Shown: piece after piece, positions 27,258-38,689 of the stretch | Layout: each line of letters opens with the position of its first letter | How positions within the stretch are numbered: position 1 is the first letter of the stretch | Assembly: GCA_918797485.1 (NCBI GenBank) | Contig: CAKKNE010000003.1 | Location: 2,046,001 to 2,110,000, forward strand | Source: Pelagomonas calceolata | Taxonomy: Eukaryota | Direction of reading: 5' to 3' | DNA: 64,000 bases | Notes under the pieces: generated by a model | The model's input: the letters and a program-made list of their open reading frames with translations, nothing else | Told to the model about the DNA's origin: nothing | Databases searched by the model: none | Made by a program: the position numbers and the translations under genes

Positions 27258-28789
27258 ATGGCCCGGCTCCTCCCGGCCAAATGGGTCTGGTGGTACCGCG
27301 ACAAGCGCTGCGCGTACGGCTACTCCAAGCGCATTTACAATGATAAGAAATGGAATAAAACTATTGCACCGTTACGGCCGACCTTCGAGAGCTTAGGGTT
27401 GAAGGAGGACGACGTGGCACGACTCCACGAGCAGTTCTTGAAGATCGACAAGGATGGATCCGGCACGATAGAGCTCTGGGAGATGCTCGACCATCTCGAT
27501 CTGAAGAGGAACAGATTCGCGAAAAGGGTCTTCGCGATCTTCGATGTGGATGGTAGTAACGAAATAGATTTCAAGGAGTTCGTCGTGGCGCTGTGGCAGT
27601 ACTGTACATTAGGAAGGGCGCAGCTCATCATGTTCGCCTTTGACCTGTACGATCGGGATTCGAGCGGAGCCATCGACTTCGAGGAGTTCAATACGATGCT
27701 CAAGGAGCTGTACGGGCCTGTGTGGAAATCAACCAGTGAGTTACGTTCGTCGATGGCGTGGAAGCTCCACGCCATCGAGCAGACGCAGCTTCGGAGACAA
27801 CATCGCGTCGATGGCGTGGGGCGCCCGAAATTCGATTTCCACACAGGTACGGGCGGCGCTACGCGAAGAACCAGATCGCGCTGAATTTGCTGAGACATAT
27901 CAATGAGTTGAATAAGCGCCATGATACGGAGGAAGTGGACGTCGAGACCTTTGCGGCGTTCGTCAAAAGCCACCCGGCGTTATTACAACCCGCGTTCTCG
28001 ATGCAGCAGACTCTTAGGGAGAGAATACTGGGTGGGGCGTGGTGGGACCGGCGGTCCCACGAGCGCGTGAAAGTGAACGGCATGAATTTGAGAATCCATG
28101 ATTTGATGAAGGCGCATCTACACGAAGGCGCGTTCCACGCGTTCATGAAAGCCGTCGAGAAGAGCGACGCCAAGGAGTACAAGAAGGACGCCGAGGCGCA
28201 TCGCGACTTTAGCGTGGACTGGCACAAGACCGTTAAGGTCACGGGCATGGTCGCGCAGCGCCGCGCGAAACAAGGCATTTACAATCCTCAATCTTCCGAG
28301 ATCCTCGACAAGTACTCGAGCGGCAAAGCTAGAGAACGCCGGGGCAGCCAGGACGACCTCCGCAAGGTCTCGCCCGACCCGTCGTGCCCGGACGCACACC
28401 CCGAGCTCCGGACGACGGACGCGGTGCGCGGGCCGCGGGCCTCGCCGCCCACAAAGGGCGCCCAGGCCCTCGACGCGAAGCTCCGGAACCGCAACAATAC
28501 TGCAGGTGAAAACACGCGCCTCGGCTCCTTCGCGCACCACGGGTCGCCCGAGCGCCTCGTCGAACGCACGCCCCAAAACAAGGAAAGCGCTAGTAAGCTC
28601 GACGCCAAGAACCGCAGCAAACAGCGGAACGACAAGGCGAACTGGCTCGCCGACGTCGACCCGCGCCTCGGCGCGACGGACAAGCAGCGGAAGATCGCCG
28701 CCGTGTACGAGAAGAAGAAGAAGCGAAAGAAGAAGAGCGGCTCCTCGCCGCCGGAGAAGAAGAAGGGTGCCCCGCCGCCGGCGCCGTAG
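27258..28789 (+). CDS. EF-hand calcium-binding protein (calcineurin-B/NCS-like N-terminal half); intron 27710-27846
   Basis: EF loops DKDGSGTIE, DVDGSNEIDFKE and DRDSSGAIDFEE. Removing the introner intron gives an in-frame KELYGRRYAKNQ. Confidence 0.85.
27718..27846 (+). mobile_element. Introner-like non-autonomous DNA transposon forming an intron (129 bp, 13-bp TIRs, 8-bp TSD)
   Basis: TIRs CTGTGTGGAAATC...GATTTCCACACAG. Perfect TSD GTACGGGC at 27710-27717 and 27847-27854. Confidence 0.92.
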
Positions 28790-29330
28790 TTTGTTAGTAA
28801 GTTATTGATATGTATATGCGCGCGTCGATGGCGTGACGGCGGCTCAATCCACGCTGGTTCAGAGCCCCACTTCATCTGTTACGGTGTTAGGACCAGTGGA
28901 CCCGACTAAGTCCACGCAAAAACCCGGGGCTAGTGTGTCTACAACACTAGGCTGCTCGCGTTTTTGGTCCAAGCAGGAGGAGCGGAGAGAGAGGCCTGCG
29001 TGCGAAGCGGAGTCGATTATCACAGCTCTTAATTATAGCGAGACTGCTGGCTGCAAATTTGCGCGACGCCGTGGGTAGCGCCGCTGCTACACCGATTGGA
29101 CATACCGCAAGCGAGGCACCAATTCGCCGCCGCGGCGCACGGCGCGGCTCCCCAGCGCGACGCTGCCGTAGCACGTACCGGTCGCGACACACAGCGAACG
29201 ATTAGCGAGACGAAACGCCGCCCCAAGAGTACAGGAAGGAAAACGACTCGGACCCGACCGCGACGCCCGCCCCGCCGCAGGCCGCCCGGAGAGAGCAGAA
29301 GAGAAGAGAGAGCAGCGCCCCTCAAAAAAG

Positions 29331-29600
29331 ATGAGCGGCCTTATCCCGCACATCAAGACGACGCCCTACGACAAGCGTTTTCCCAGCACGAACCAGGCGA
29401 GCCACTGCTGGAACCGCTACAACGAGTACGTCATGTGCCTCAAGAAGACGGAGTCCGACGAGGACGCCTGCAAGCCCATGCGCCAGCTGGCCCTCTCCAT
29501 CTGCCCCGACGACTGGTGGAACAAGTGGGACGAGGAGCGCGAGGAGGGCACGTTCTCCGGCGTGAAGATGACGGACGCGGCGGCGACGTCTGGCCACTAG
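29331..29600 (+). CDS. COX6B: Cytochrome c oxidase subunit 6B (COX12)
   Basis: TTPYDKRFPSTNQASHCWNRYNEY..C...C...CP..W..KWDE.REEGTF. Confidence 0.95.
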   Translation: MSGLIPHIKTTPYDKRFPSTNQASHCWNRYNEYVMCLKKTESDEDACKPMRQLALSICPDDWWNKWDEEREEGTFSGVKMTDAAATSGH

Positions 29601-29668
29601 GGCCCCTTGTAAACTTAGTTCCATCGTGTCGTTCGTATCTCTCGTTCCGTATCGTTCGTATCTCGTTG

Positions 29669-29690
29669 CTAGCGGCCCGTAAGACACTAG
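29669..29690 (+). promoter_or_regulatory. CTAG-box motif (CTAGCGGCCCGTAAGACACTAG)
   Basis: About 325 bp upstream of the AlkB-MBD gene. Confidence 0.6.
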
Positions 29691-30015
29691 CAAGGCACAG
29701 TGCTCGGCACCGAATCGCGCCTCCTCGCACGTGCAGGAATTGAGCGTGAGGGCGCTGAGAAGAAGGCTAAAACACTTTTTCCAGCCCCTTGCAGCGATTA
29801 GACTAGCATCGGGAGCGAAACGCGCCGAGGGCTCTCTCTGAACCGGAAAACCCCTGCACGCGCGAAACGCGCGCAGAGCGCTGCGAGGCGGCAGCGAGCG
29901 CTGTCAGAAAGCTCCGCGGACAGCCAAAAAAAACAAACGCGCGCCAACACGTAAAAAAACCGGACCCGCGGGCGAAACTCGAGCGCCGCGGCGGAAGGAA
30001 GCAAAAAAATAGACC

Positions 30016-33000
30016 ATGTCGCGGCGCCGCAGCCGGGCCAACGAGCCGCCGGCGCCCGAGAAGGTCGAGGACGCCTTTTCGACGGAGACGTTGAACCAGC
30101 TCGCCGAGGAGCGCATGCGCGACATCAAGCACATCGTCGTGTACCGGCGGCGCGTGCCGTCGCGCGAGACCGTCGAGGCGCACCCGCAGACCGTGCACGT
30201 GTCGCTGGACGCGGGCGGCGTCGTCGGACGCATGCTCGTCGACAACGCCATCTCGCCGAACGAGCACGAGGCGCTCCTCGGCTGTCGGCGCCCGGCGTCC
30301 TCTAAGCTCCTTTGACGGCGTGGAGGATCTGTGCCGCTCGTAGTAGGACGTCACGCTCGCTTCCCGCGCAGGGTACGACCGGGGCTTCGACAAGGGCTTC
30401 GCGCGCGAGTACGCGGGCGACGCGACCGACAGCTTCTCGGGCAACCTCTCACAGCGGCTCACGGTCGACCGCTGGGACTTGACGCGCCAAAAATGCTCGT
30501 ACAAGACCGAGGGCGACCAGCGCGACAAGACGACCTACGTCATGGAGTTCGACGGCGCGCCGCGGCGTCGAAGTCGACCGCTCGTCCGCGATTCGTCGAC
30601 GCGAAGTATTAATCACCGGCACTCTCGACGCAGGCGTGAATACGACGATCGCCGAGACCGTGCTGCGGCTCTACGCCGCTCGCATCCGCAAAATCATGGA
30701 CCTCGTCGTGAACGAGGACCCGCGCGTGCGCTACGCGGAGGACGGCGAGGGCGACGCGGCCGAGCCGATCGGCGAGCCCTGCGACAAAGCGTCCGCCAAC
30801 GACGCGCGCTCGGGCGGCGGCGACGGCGTGCGGGCGCGCGCCACGGCCCTCACGGACGACCTCGCGGAGAATTTCGAGGACCCCGAGGCCATCCAGCTCA
30901 CGACGTACCAGCCGCGGCCGCAGTCTCGCGCGGCGTCCTAATCACCACGCCTCGACCGGCCGTCGACCGACGACTCGCGCTCACCTTTATCGGCGCGCAG
31001 GTCCGGCATGGCGCAGCACTTCGACTCGCGGTCGCGCTTCCTCTCGATCGCGACGATGTCGCTGCGCGCATCCGTCAAGCTCGTCCAGATCCGCGCTGCG
31101 AGCCGCGGCCCGAAGGACGGCATGCAGCGCTCCGAGATCCGGCTGCTGCCGCGCTCGATCTACCTCATGTCCGGGCCGGCGCGCGCCAACTGCCACCTCA
31201 AGGACGAGCCGAACGTCCAGGCCCAGGGGAACCACAAGGGCTGCCCGTGCTGCTGGACGCACGGCATCGACACCGACCAGACCGAAGCGCAGGGCCGCAT
31301 CGGCGTCACGTTCCGCCAGCTCGCGCCCTGGGCGCTGCACGAGGCCGAGCTCAAGCGCCTCGCCGACGAGCGCGCCGAGCGCGACAAGGCGGCCGAGGAG
31401 GGCGCCCTCCAGCCGCGGCGGCGCTCGACGCCGGCGACGAAGCGCGACGCGCCCACGGGTCCTGCGACGTGGCTGTCCGGCGAGGGCGCGGACGCCGTGC
31501 GCGCGTGGCGCTCGACGCTGGCGCCCGACGCGTGGGACGCGCTCGCGGCCGCGGACGGCCTGACGCTCAACAACGTGCCCGCGCGCGGCTGGCACCGCGA
31601 GGTGAAAGGAGCGGCGCCCGCGGCCGCACCGCTGCCGCCCGCGCCGAAGCCGCGCGTCGCGTCGACGGCGTCGGCCTGGGTCGCCGCCTGCACGGACCTG
31701 CTGGAGCTCGCCGGCAAGGAGAAGGGCGGCCTCACTGGTCTACGCGGGGCGCTGCAGAGCAGCGGCTTCCGCTGCGGCGAGCCAGCCCAGGGGCGAACCG
31801 AATTCCAAGTTTCGATGCCGCAGGAGTTCCCCTGCTACTACGACATCGTCGGCAAGGGCTACTCCGGCAGCAACCGACAGGACCTTATGACTTCAAGACC
31901 AGGACTCATGGCGTATTTAGAAGGCTGCCTCGCCCTCGCGCAAGCCGGCGGCGCCTACCGGACCACGGCCGACCGCGACGCGGACGGCGACGAAGCCGCG
32001 CGCCGCGCCGCCGAAAGGCCGAAGAAGGCACCGGACATCTGCTTCCACCACCCGGGCCAGTTCAAGGCATCGGATGCCCTGCGGTCCCGAAGCGACGTCG
32101 AGCGCTACCTGGCCGCGGACGCGACGCCGCTCTTCGAGTCGCCGCCGCTCGACGCCTTTTCGTTCGATAATGACGTCGCGGGCGACTTCCCGAGCCCGCC
32201 GCCGGGTTACTACTCGCGACTGAGTGCGAAGGTCGTCGAGCAGCTTCGGCCGGCGGCTCCAGCGTTGACGGCGGCGTCGCCGGCCGTCGTGTCGCGGCCG
32301 GCCGCGGCGCCGCCGGCCGTCGGCGCCGAGAGCGAGTCCGAGATCGACGAGTCCGTCGCCGATTCGGACGGCGAGGGCGACCCCGACTGGGACGGCGGAG
32401 TCCCGGCGAAGGAGCCGCGCGGCGCGCCCAAGGGCCGCGCGCCGAAGGGCTCGCCGGCCAACAGAGGGCCGCTGAATTACAAGTCATTTGAACCCCTCGG
32501 TGGCGCGGAGGCCGTGCGCTCGTGGCGCTCGACGCTGACACCCGACGCGTGGGACGCGCTCGCGGCCGACGACGGCCTGGCGCGCAACAACGTGCCCGCG
32601 CGCGGCTGGCACCGCCAATTGAGATTTCGCAAGGCTGCACCAGAGCCTGGACTCGGCGGCCACAAGTGCGACGTCTTCTTCCACGCCCCGGGCCAGCTCG
32701 TCGGCAACGAGACTCTGCGGTCCAAGCCCGATATCTTGAAACATCTGGCCGCGAAAACGACGCCGCTCTTCGAGGCGCCGCGGATCGACGACTTTTCGTT
32801 TGGGGGGAGCCAAGGTAGCCCGGCAGACTTCCCAAGCCCGCCGGAGGGTTACTACGCGCGGCTGCGCTCGCGGGTCCAGGAGCTGCTCCGTCCGGCGTCC
32901 GCCGCGCCCCCACCAGCTGCTCCTGCGCTGCCGCCATCGGCCATGGCGCTACCACCTGCGGCTTCTGCGCCGCCGCCGCCGCCGTCAGTCGCTGTTGAGG

Positions 33001-36000
33001 ACGCGGCGGCCCCGTTACTGCAGCGTGTTGCTGTGCCGGCCGGCGATTGGCGCATCGTCGGCGCACAAGTACAGGACGTCGACGATGCGACGGTGCGCGG
33101 CGTCGTAACTGATTGCCTAAAAAAGAAGGGCTCTAAGGAAGTGACGACGACGGCAGGCTACGTGGTGATGATAAAATCCACGCAATTGACGCAAGCGACG
33201 CTAACCGACGAGGAGGCCGCGCTGTGCGTCCGCCCGGCCTCGCGTAAGGACTACATGCAAGCGCGGATCGACGGCGCGATACGGTTCAGCCACGGCGGCT
33301 CCGAATTCAAGAACTGTTACACGTGCGCGGATGGCACGGAGCGGCGTCAATTCGAGGTCACGGCTACTCATGTCCGGTGCGTCCTCTGTGGTGATGCGCG
33401 GTCGTGGTCTTTGGAGACCGACTCGAAGATTCTCTTGAATTCTCTCAAGAAGCACTGTGGCGCGCAGAAGCACCTCGACCGCCTCGTCCAGTCCGTGGGC
33501 GCGCCGGCGACCGCCGAGGCCTCCACTACGCCCGCGCCGGCGCCGGCGGCTCCTGCGCTGCCGCCGCCGCAACCACAGAACGTGCGGCCGCAAGCCGTCG
33601 CCGCGTCGCAGCGCTTCGCCGTCGACGACCTCGTCCAGGCCGACTTTCATGCTCAAAACGCATACTACGACGGCGTCGTCGTGACCGCGCGCGCCGACGG
33701 CGAGAAAGGTTTCCTGTACCGCATCGAGTACGACGACGGCGACGACGAGGACGACGTCCCGGAGGAGCGCATTCGGCCGGCGCCGAAAAAGACGCTACGC
33801 ACACGCGGAAGCGTATGGGTCGGGCGGCGGCTCAAGGCCAACGCCAACGCGAGGTCACTTCGATCCCGCAGCGAGGGCCGCATCGTGGGATGGCTGCCCG
33901 TGCGCGGCGTCAAGGAGCCGTTCCTCAACGCCGCCGGCCGGCCGGCGCCCATCTACCGCGTCGACTACGGCGGCGGCCGTCCCGACGAGCTGGAGACCTA
34001 CGAATTGCTCGACGAGAGCACGCTGCTACCACCGCAAACCTCCGAGGAGTGGCAGCGCGAGACGGCCTTCGCGGAGTTCCTGCGCGAGCGCGACGTCGCC
34101 TGCAAATTTAGCTCATCGCGACCGCGCGAGTTGACCGCGCGCGCGCTGTACGACAAGTACGCGGGGGCCGAGACCGTGCGGGCGTTCTTCGAGCTTGGAG
34201 GTACCGCGGAGGCGCTCGTGAAGGAAATCTGCCAGGAGCGCTGCACGATAGAGAACGTCGACGCCCTCTGGAGCGAGTACTGCGCCCAGACGCTAGACGA
34301 AGGCGCGGAACGGGAGAAGCCCGAGCCGGTGAAGAAGCCCAAGGCGAAGAAGCGCGCGCGAAAGCCGGCCGCGGCACCTCCAGCTTCAATCGTCGTCGGC
34401 GCGCCTGTGCAAGCTGCCGACGAGGAGCCGTCGTCCGCGCGGCGCGTCGGCGGCGTGGTTATTCCGGCGAAGAAGGTGCGCGGCCCCCCGGAGCCCTGGG
34501 AAGGTTTGGTGTCGACGACGCCGGCGCCCAAGCCGTCGGTCAAGCGCGAACCAAAGCCGGCTCCTTCACCACACGATTGGGTGGCCGTCGGCTCGCACGT
34601 CCAGCACAGCAATGGGTTGCGGGGGGTCGTGACGAAGAGCGGAGGTGCCGGTTTCACCGACGTTACGACGAAGACGGGCTACGTAGCGACGGTTCATCGC
34701 CAGGATCTGACGAAAATTACTCTTACGGCCGAGGAGGCGGCACTCTGCGACCGGTTCCGATTACAGCCCCACGAGTGGCTCCAAGCACAGATGGATGGCG
34801 CTATCTGCGCAGTATATGAGGGTCGAGAGTTTGGGAACTGCTTCGCGACAAAAACCGGTAGGCCGCAACGGATGTTTACAGTCGAGTCGAACGGCGACGT
34901 GCGGTGTGCGCTCTGCGACTGGACCGCACCTGAGAGAGCGTCCACGGCAATGCAGAATGACTTGTCCACTTGGAAAAGATTGTTTCCTTCCCTCAAAACT
35001 CACTGCGGCCAGACTCCGAGCTCATTGAGTAAACCGGCAGTAAAGCGACACGTCGAGCGCGTCCTAGCCATGGCCGCGGAGCCGTCGAAGCCGCCCACAG
35101 CGACCATCGATACCGACGACGGCGAGACGCCGGAGCCGCGGCGCCCTTCGAAAAGGCCGCGCGGCGCGCCGCCTGTGCATGCTGCTGCCGCGTTAGATGC
35201 GGAGCCGCCGCAAGCTGCGTCGGACGCGGTTGTCCCGGCGAAGAAGGCGCAAGGCCGCCCGCGGAAGGTCCAGGCGCCGCCGCCGCCGCCACCTCCTCCG
35301 GCTGCGGGTTACGACTGGATCGTCGTCGGCGCACAGGTGCAGACCGTCGAGGTAGCTTACGGCGAGGCGGTTCGCGGTATTGTGACGGAGATTGGCACTG
35401 CATGGGTCACCGTGCTCTCGACGGAGGGCTACGAGGTCAAGTCGAGACGAGCGTGGCTGGCGCCCGCGACGCTGACGGACGAGGAGGCCTCGCGATGCGC
35501 CCGGGGGCCGCAGCGGCCAGCCGAGTGGCTCCAGGCCCGGATCGACGGCTCAATCTGTGTTCGCTACGGCCAGCGCGAGTTCCAAAATCGATTCTCCACC
35601 ACCGATGGCAGGGTCATCCGGCAGTTCGTCGTCGACTCCGGCACGACGAATGTGCGCTGCGCCCTCTGCGACTGGAAGCCGACGCAGGACCGGCTTAATT
35701 TGCGGAGCGGCCCGGGTTGGAACACGTTACTCAACGCCCTCAGAACTCACTGTGGTCAGAGCAAACAAGGGAATGGTGAAAGAGCACCAAAACAGCACAT
35801 GGAGCACGTCCTCAGCGTGGCCGCGGCACCGACCGCGGTCTCTTCCACGCCCTTAGCGCCGCCGCCGCCAGCCGTCGTTGAGGTCGCGGCGGCCCCGTTA
35901 CTGCAGCGTGTCGCGGCACCGGCCGAGGCGGCGCCGGCACTGGCCCGCCGCGGCAGACCACCGGCCAAGGCCGACCACAAGGCCAGTCGCTTCGCAGGCG

Positions 36001-38624
36001 TGACCTGGGACCCTTATAAGGGCGGCAAGTGGAGAGCGGCGATCATGGTGCAAGGGCACACGATACCCCTCGGCGACTTCGACGTCGAGGAGGACGCCGC
36101 ACGGGCCTACGACGCCGCGCGGGCGAAGTGGGGGGCGCTGACAAGGAACGTCAGAATTCCGCTCAACTTCCCCGGCGAGGCACCGCTCGCGTCGGCGCTG
36201 GCCGCGCTGCCGCCGCTGCCCCGGGAGCTGCAGCCGCCGGCGCCGCTGCCGCCGCGCCGCCGATCTACGCCGCCGCCCGCGCCGGCGCCCGCGGTCTCGC
36301 CGGCGCCGGCGCCCGCGGAGCCGCCGCGCGCACCGGCGCCGGACGAGCGCATTCGTGTCGGCATGGTCGTCGAGGCCTCACCACATGTGTGGGGTGCCGA
36401 GTACGCGGAGAAGGTCGGATCTGCGAAACGGTACCGCGGCACTGTTAAGGCGCGCGACAGCGGAGAAAGGTTGCCGGCCGGCTGCCCTGCACCGATGCCG
36501 GATGAGCCTGTCTGGCTCGTGAGCTACGAGGACGATGGGAAGGATTGGGCGACGCCCGAGCGCTTCCTCAGCATCGTCGCGCCCGTCGACGGCCAGCGCG
36601 CGGGGCGGGAGCGGACGAAGCCGCAGTTCCTGTCAGGCTGCGTTGATGCGGACCGGGCTTACGTGCCGACGCAAGATGAGGACGACGCGCCTGGGGCGCC
36701 GGTGCCGCCGGCCGCGCAGCTGCCAACGCCGCCGCCGCCCACCGCGCCGGCGCCCGTGGTCTCCCCGGCGCCGGCGCCCGCGGTGCTGCCCGCGCCGTCG
36801 CCTCCACGCGTGCCTTCGCCACCGGCGGCCGGGCGCATCTGCGTCGGCGCGGTCGTCGCGGCCGAGTCCCAGGTGTGGGGCGCCGGCTTCGCGAGGAAAG
36901 TAGGAGCTACGAAACGATACTGCGGCACTGTGAAGGCGCGTGGCAACGGAGATATTTTGCCGGTGGGCTGCCCGCCGCCGAAGCCAGGTGAACGTATCTG
37001 GCGCGTGCTCTACGACGACGACGGCCAAGATTATGACACGCCCGAGCGCTTCCTCTCCTGCATCGTCGTCGGCGCGGTCGTCGAGGCCGCGCCAGAGGCG
37101 TTCGGCCACGACCCTACGAATAGCGTGGCCGCGCGGTACCGCGGCACTGTTGTCGAGCCCGGCGAGGCTTTTAATTTGCCGTTAGGATGCCCTCAAATCG
37201 AGGCGGGTGAGCCCGTCTGGAACGTGCACTACGACGACGACAACCGCGTCTGGGCGACGCCCGAGCGCTTCCTTTCCTGTGTCGTGGTCGCATCGGGCAG
37301 CAGCAAACGCAGGCGCTGCAGCGACAATTCGACGGCGGTTGCCGCCGCCGAAGCGGCGCCGCTCCCCCTGACCGCGCGGCGCGTCGGCGGCGAGGTCATG
37401 CCGGCGAAGAAGGCGCGCGGCCCTCCGGAGGGTTGGGAAGATTTGGTGTCGACGACGGCGGCGCCCAAGCCGTCGGTCAAGCGCGAGCGAAAGCCAGCTC
37501 CTCCACCAAACGATTGGGTGGCCGTCGGCTCGCACGTCCAGCACAGCAATGGCTTGCGGGGCGTCGTGACGAAGCTCGGAAATACCGGTCACGCAGAGGT
37601 GACGACGAAGACGGGCTACACCGTTAACGTTTTTCGCACGGATCTGACGAAAATAACGCTTACGGCGGAGGAGGCGGCGCTCTGCGACCGGAGCCGCTTG
37701 ACGCCGAACGAGTGGCTCCAGGTCCAACTAGACAGCGCCGTCTGCGCGGTATATGAGGGTCGAACGTTCGGGAACTGCTTCGCGACCAAGGACGGGCGGA
37801 CGCAGCGGATGGTCTCGGTCGAGTCGAACGGCGACGTGCGGTGTGCGCTCTGCAATTGGACCGCACCGTCAGGCGCGTCACGCGCGCTACAGAACGATCT
37901 GTCGGCTTGGGGAATATGGTCTCATCCCATCAAAACCCACTGCGGCCAGTTTGCGAGCACATTGAAGGATCCGGCGACACAACAACATGTCGAGCGCGTC
38001 CTAGCCATGGCCGCGGAGCCATCGACGCCGCCCATAGCGACCACTGATGCTAACGACGACGGCGAGACGCCGGAGCCGCCGCCACTGACCGCGCCGGCCG
38101 CGCCGGCCGCGCCGCCGCGCCCGCCCACGCCGTTCCGCCTGCCGACGCGCTCCGACTACGGCGAGGTTCCACCCACGACGCGGCTCCGCAAGCGCTCGCC
38201 GCCGCCGCCGGACGAGGCCTGGAACCCGCCGCCGCGCGCCGAGCATGCCCGGCAGACGAAGAAGCCGAGGCGATTCGCCGAGGTGGATCAAGACGTCCCC
38301 GCGCGGGCGTGGCGGGAGGGCTCACCCCGGGCGGCATCGCCCTCGCCTGTCTTCGCGGCGCCGTCGTCGGCACCCTTCGTATGTGCGACGCGGTGGCCCG
38401 AGGTTGGCGAAGAGTGCGAGTTCCTTGTCGTAGATGACCATACCCACCAGTGGTACTTGGGTCACTGCGTTGAGGCCACCGAGGTGCGCGTCGTGCTCAA
38501 CTACAACGCTTCGAAAAATAGGTGGAAGGGCGTGGTGCACGAGTTCTACAAGGACGACGACAAGCCGGCGGAGTGCATCCGGCTCCGCGAGGACGCGCCA
38601 GAGCTGCCGGCGAACATCGTGTGA
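30016..38624 (+). CDS. Giant chromatin-type protein: AlkB-like 2OG-Fe(II) dioxygenase, 2 MBD-like, Tudor/SH3-like, AP2 and 4 Zn-finger-bearing repeats; predicted introns 30284-30371, 30567-30633 and ~30920-31000
   Basis: AlkB-type Y.P..G...HFD, L.PRS..LMSG.AR, WTHGI and RIGVTFR. MBD-like RGWHR...K.DVFFHAPG...LRSK. AP2-like SRFAGVTW...KWRA.I...LG.F..EE.AARAYD...LNFP. The first two GT-AG introns restore frame; the donor of the third is ambiguous. Confidence 0.75.
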
Positions 38625-38689
38625 CCCGGGAGTAAGTCGATATCGTGTGACCTGGCTAGCCGATACACATGTAGTTCGTTACTAGGCCC

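Noticed and set aside
30479..32170. 563-aa ORF as an independent gene
   Set aside because: Only its first ~30 codons belong to exon 2 of the AlkB-MBD gene; the rest is an off-frame shadow.
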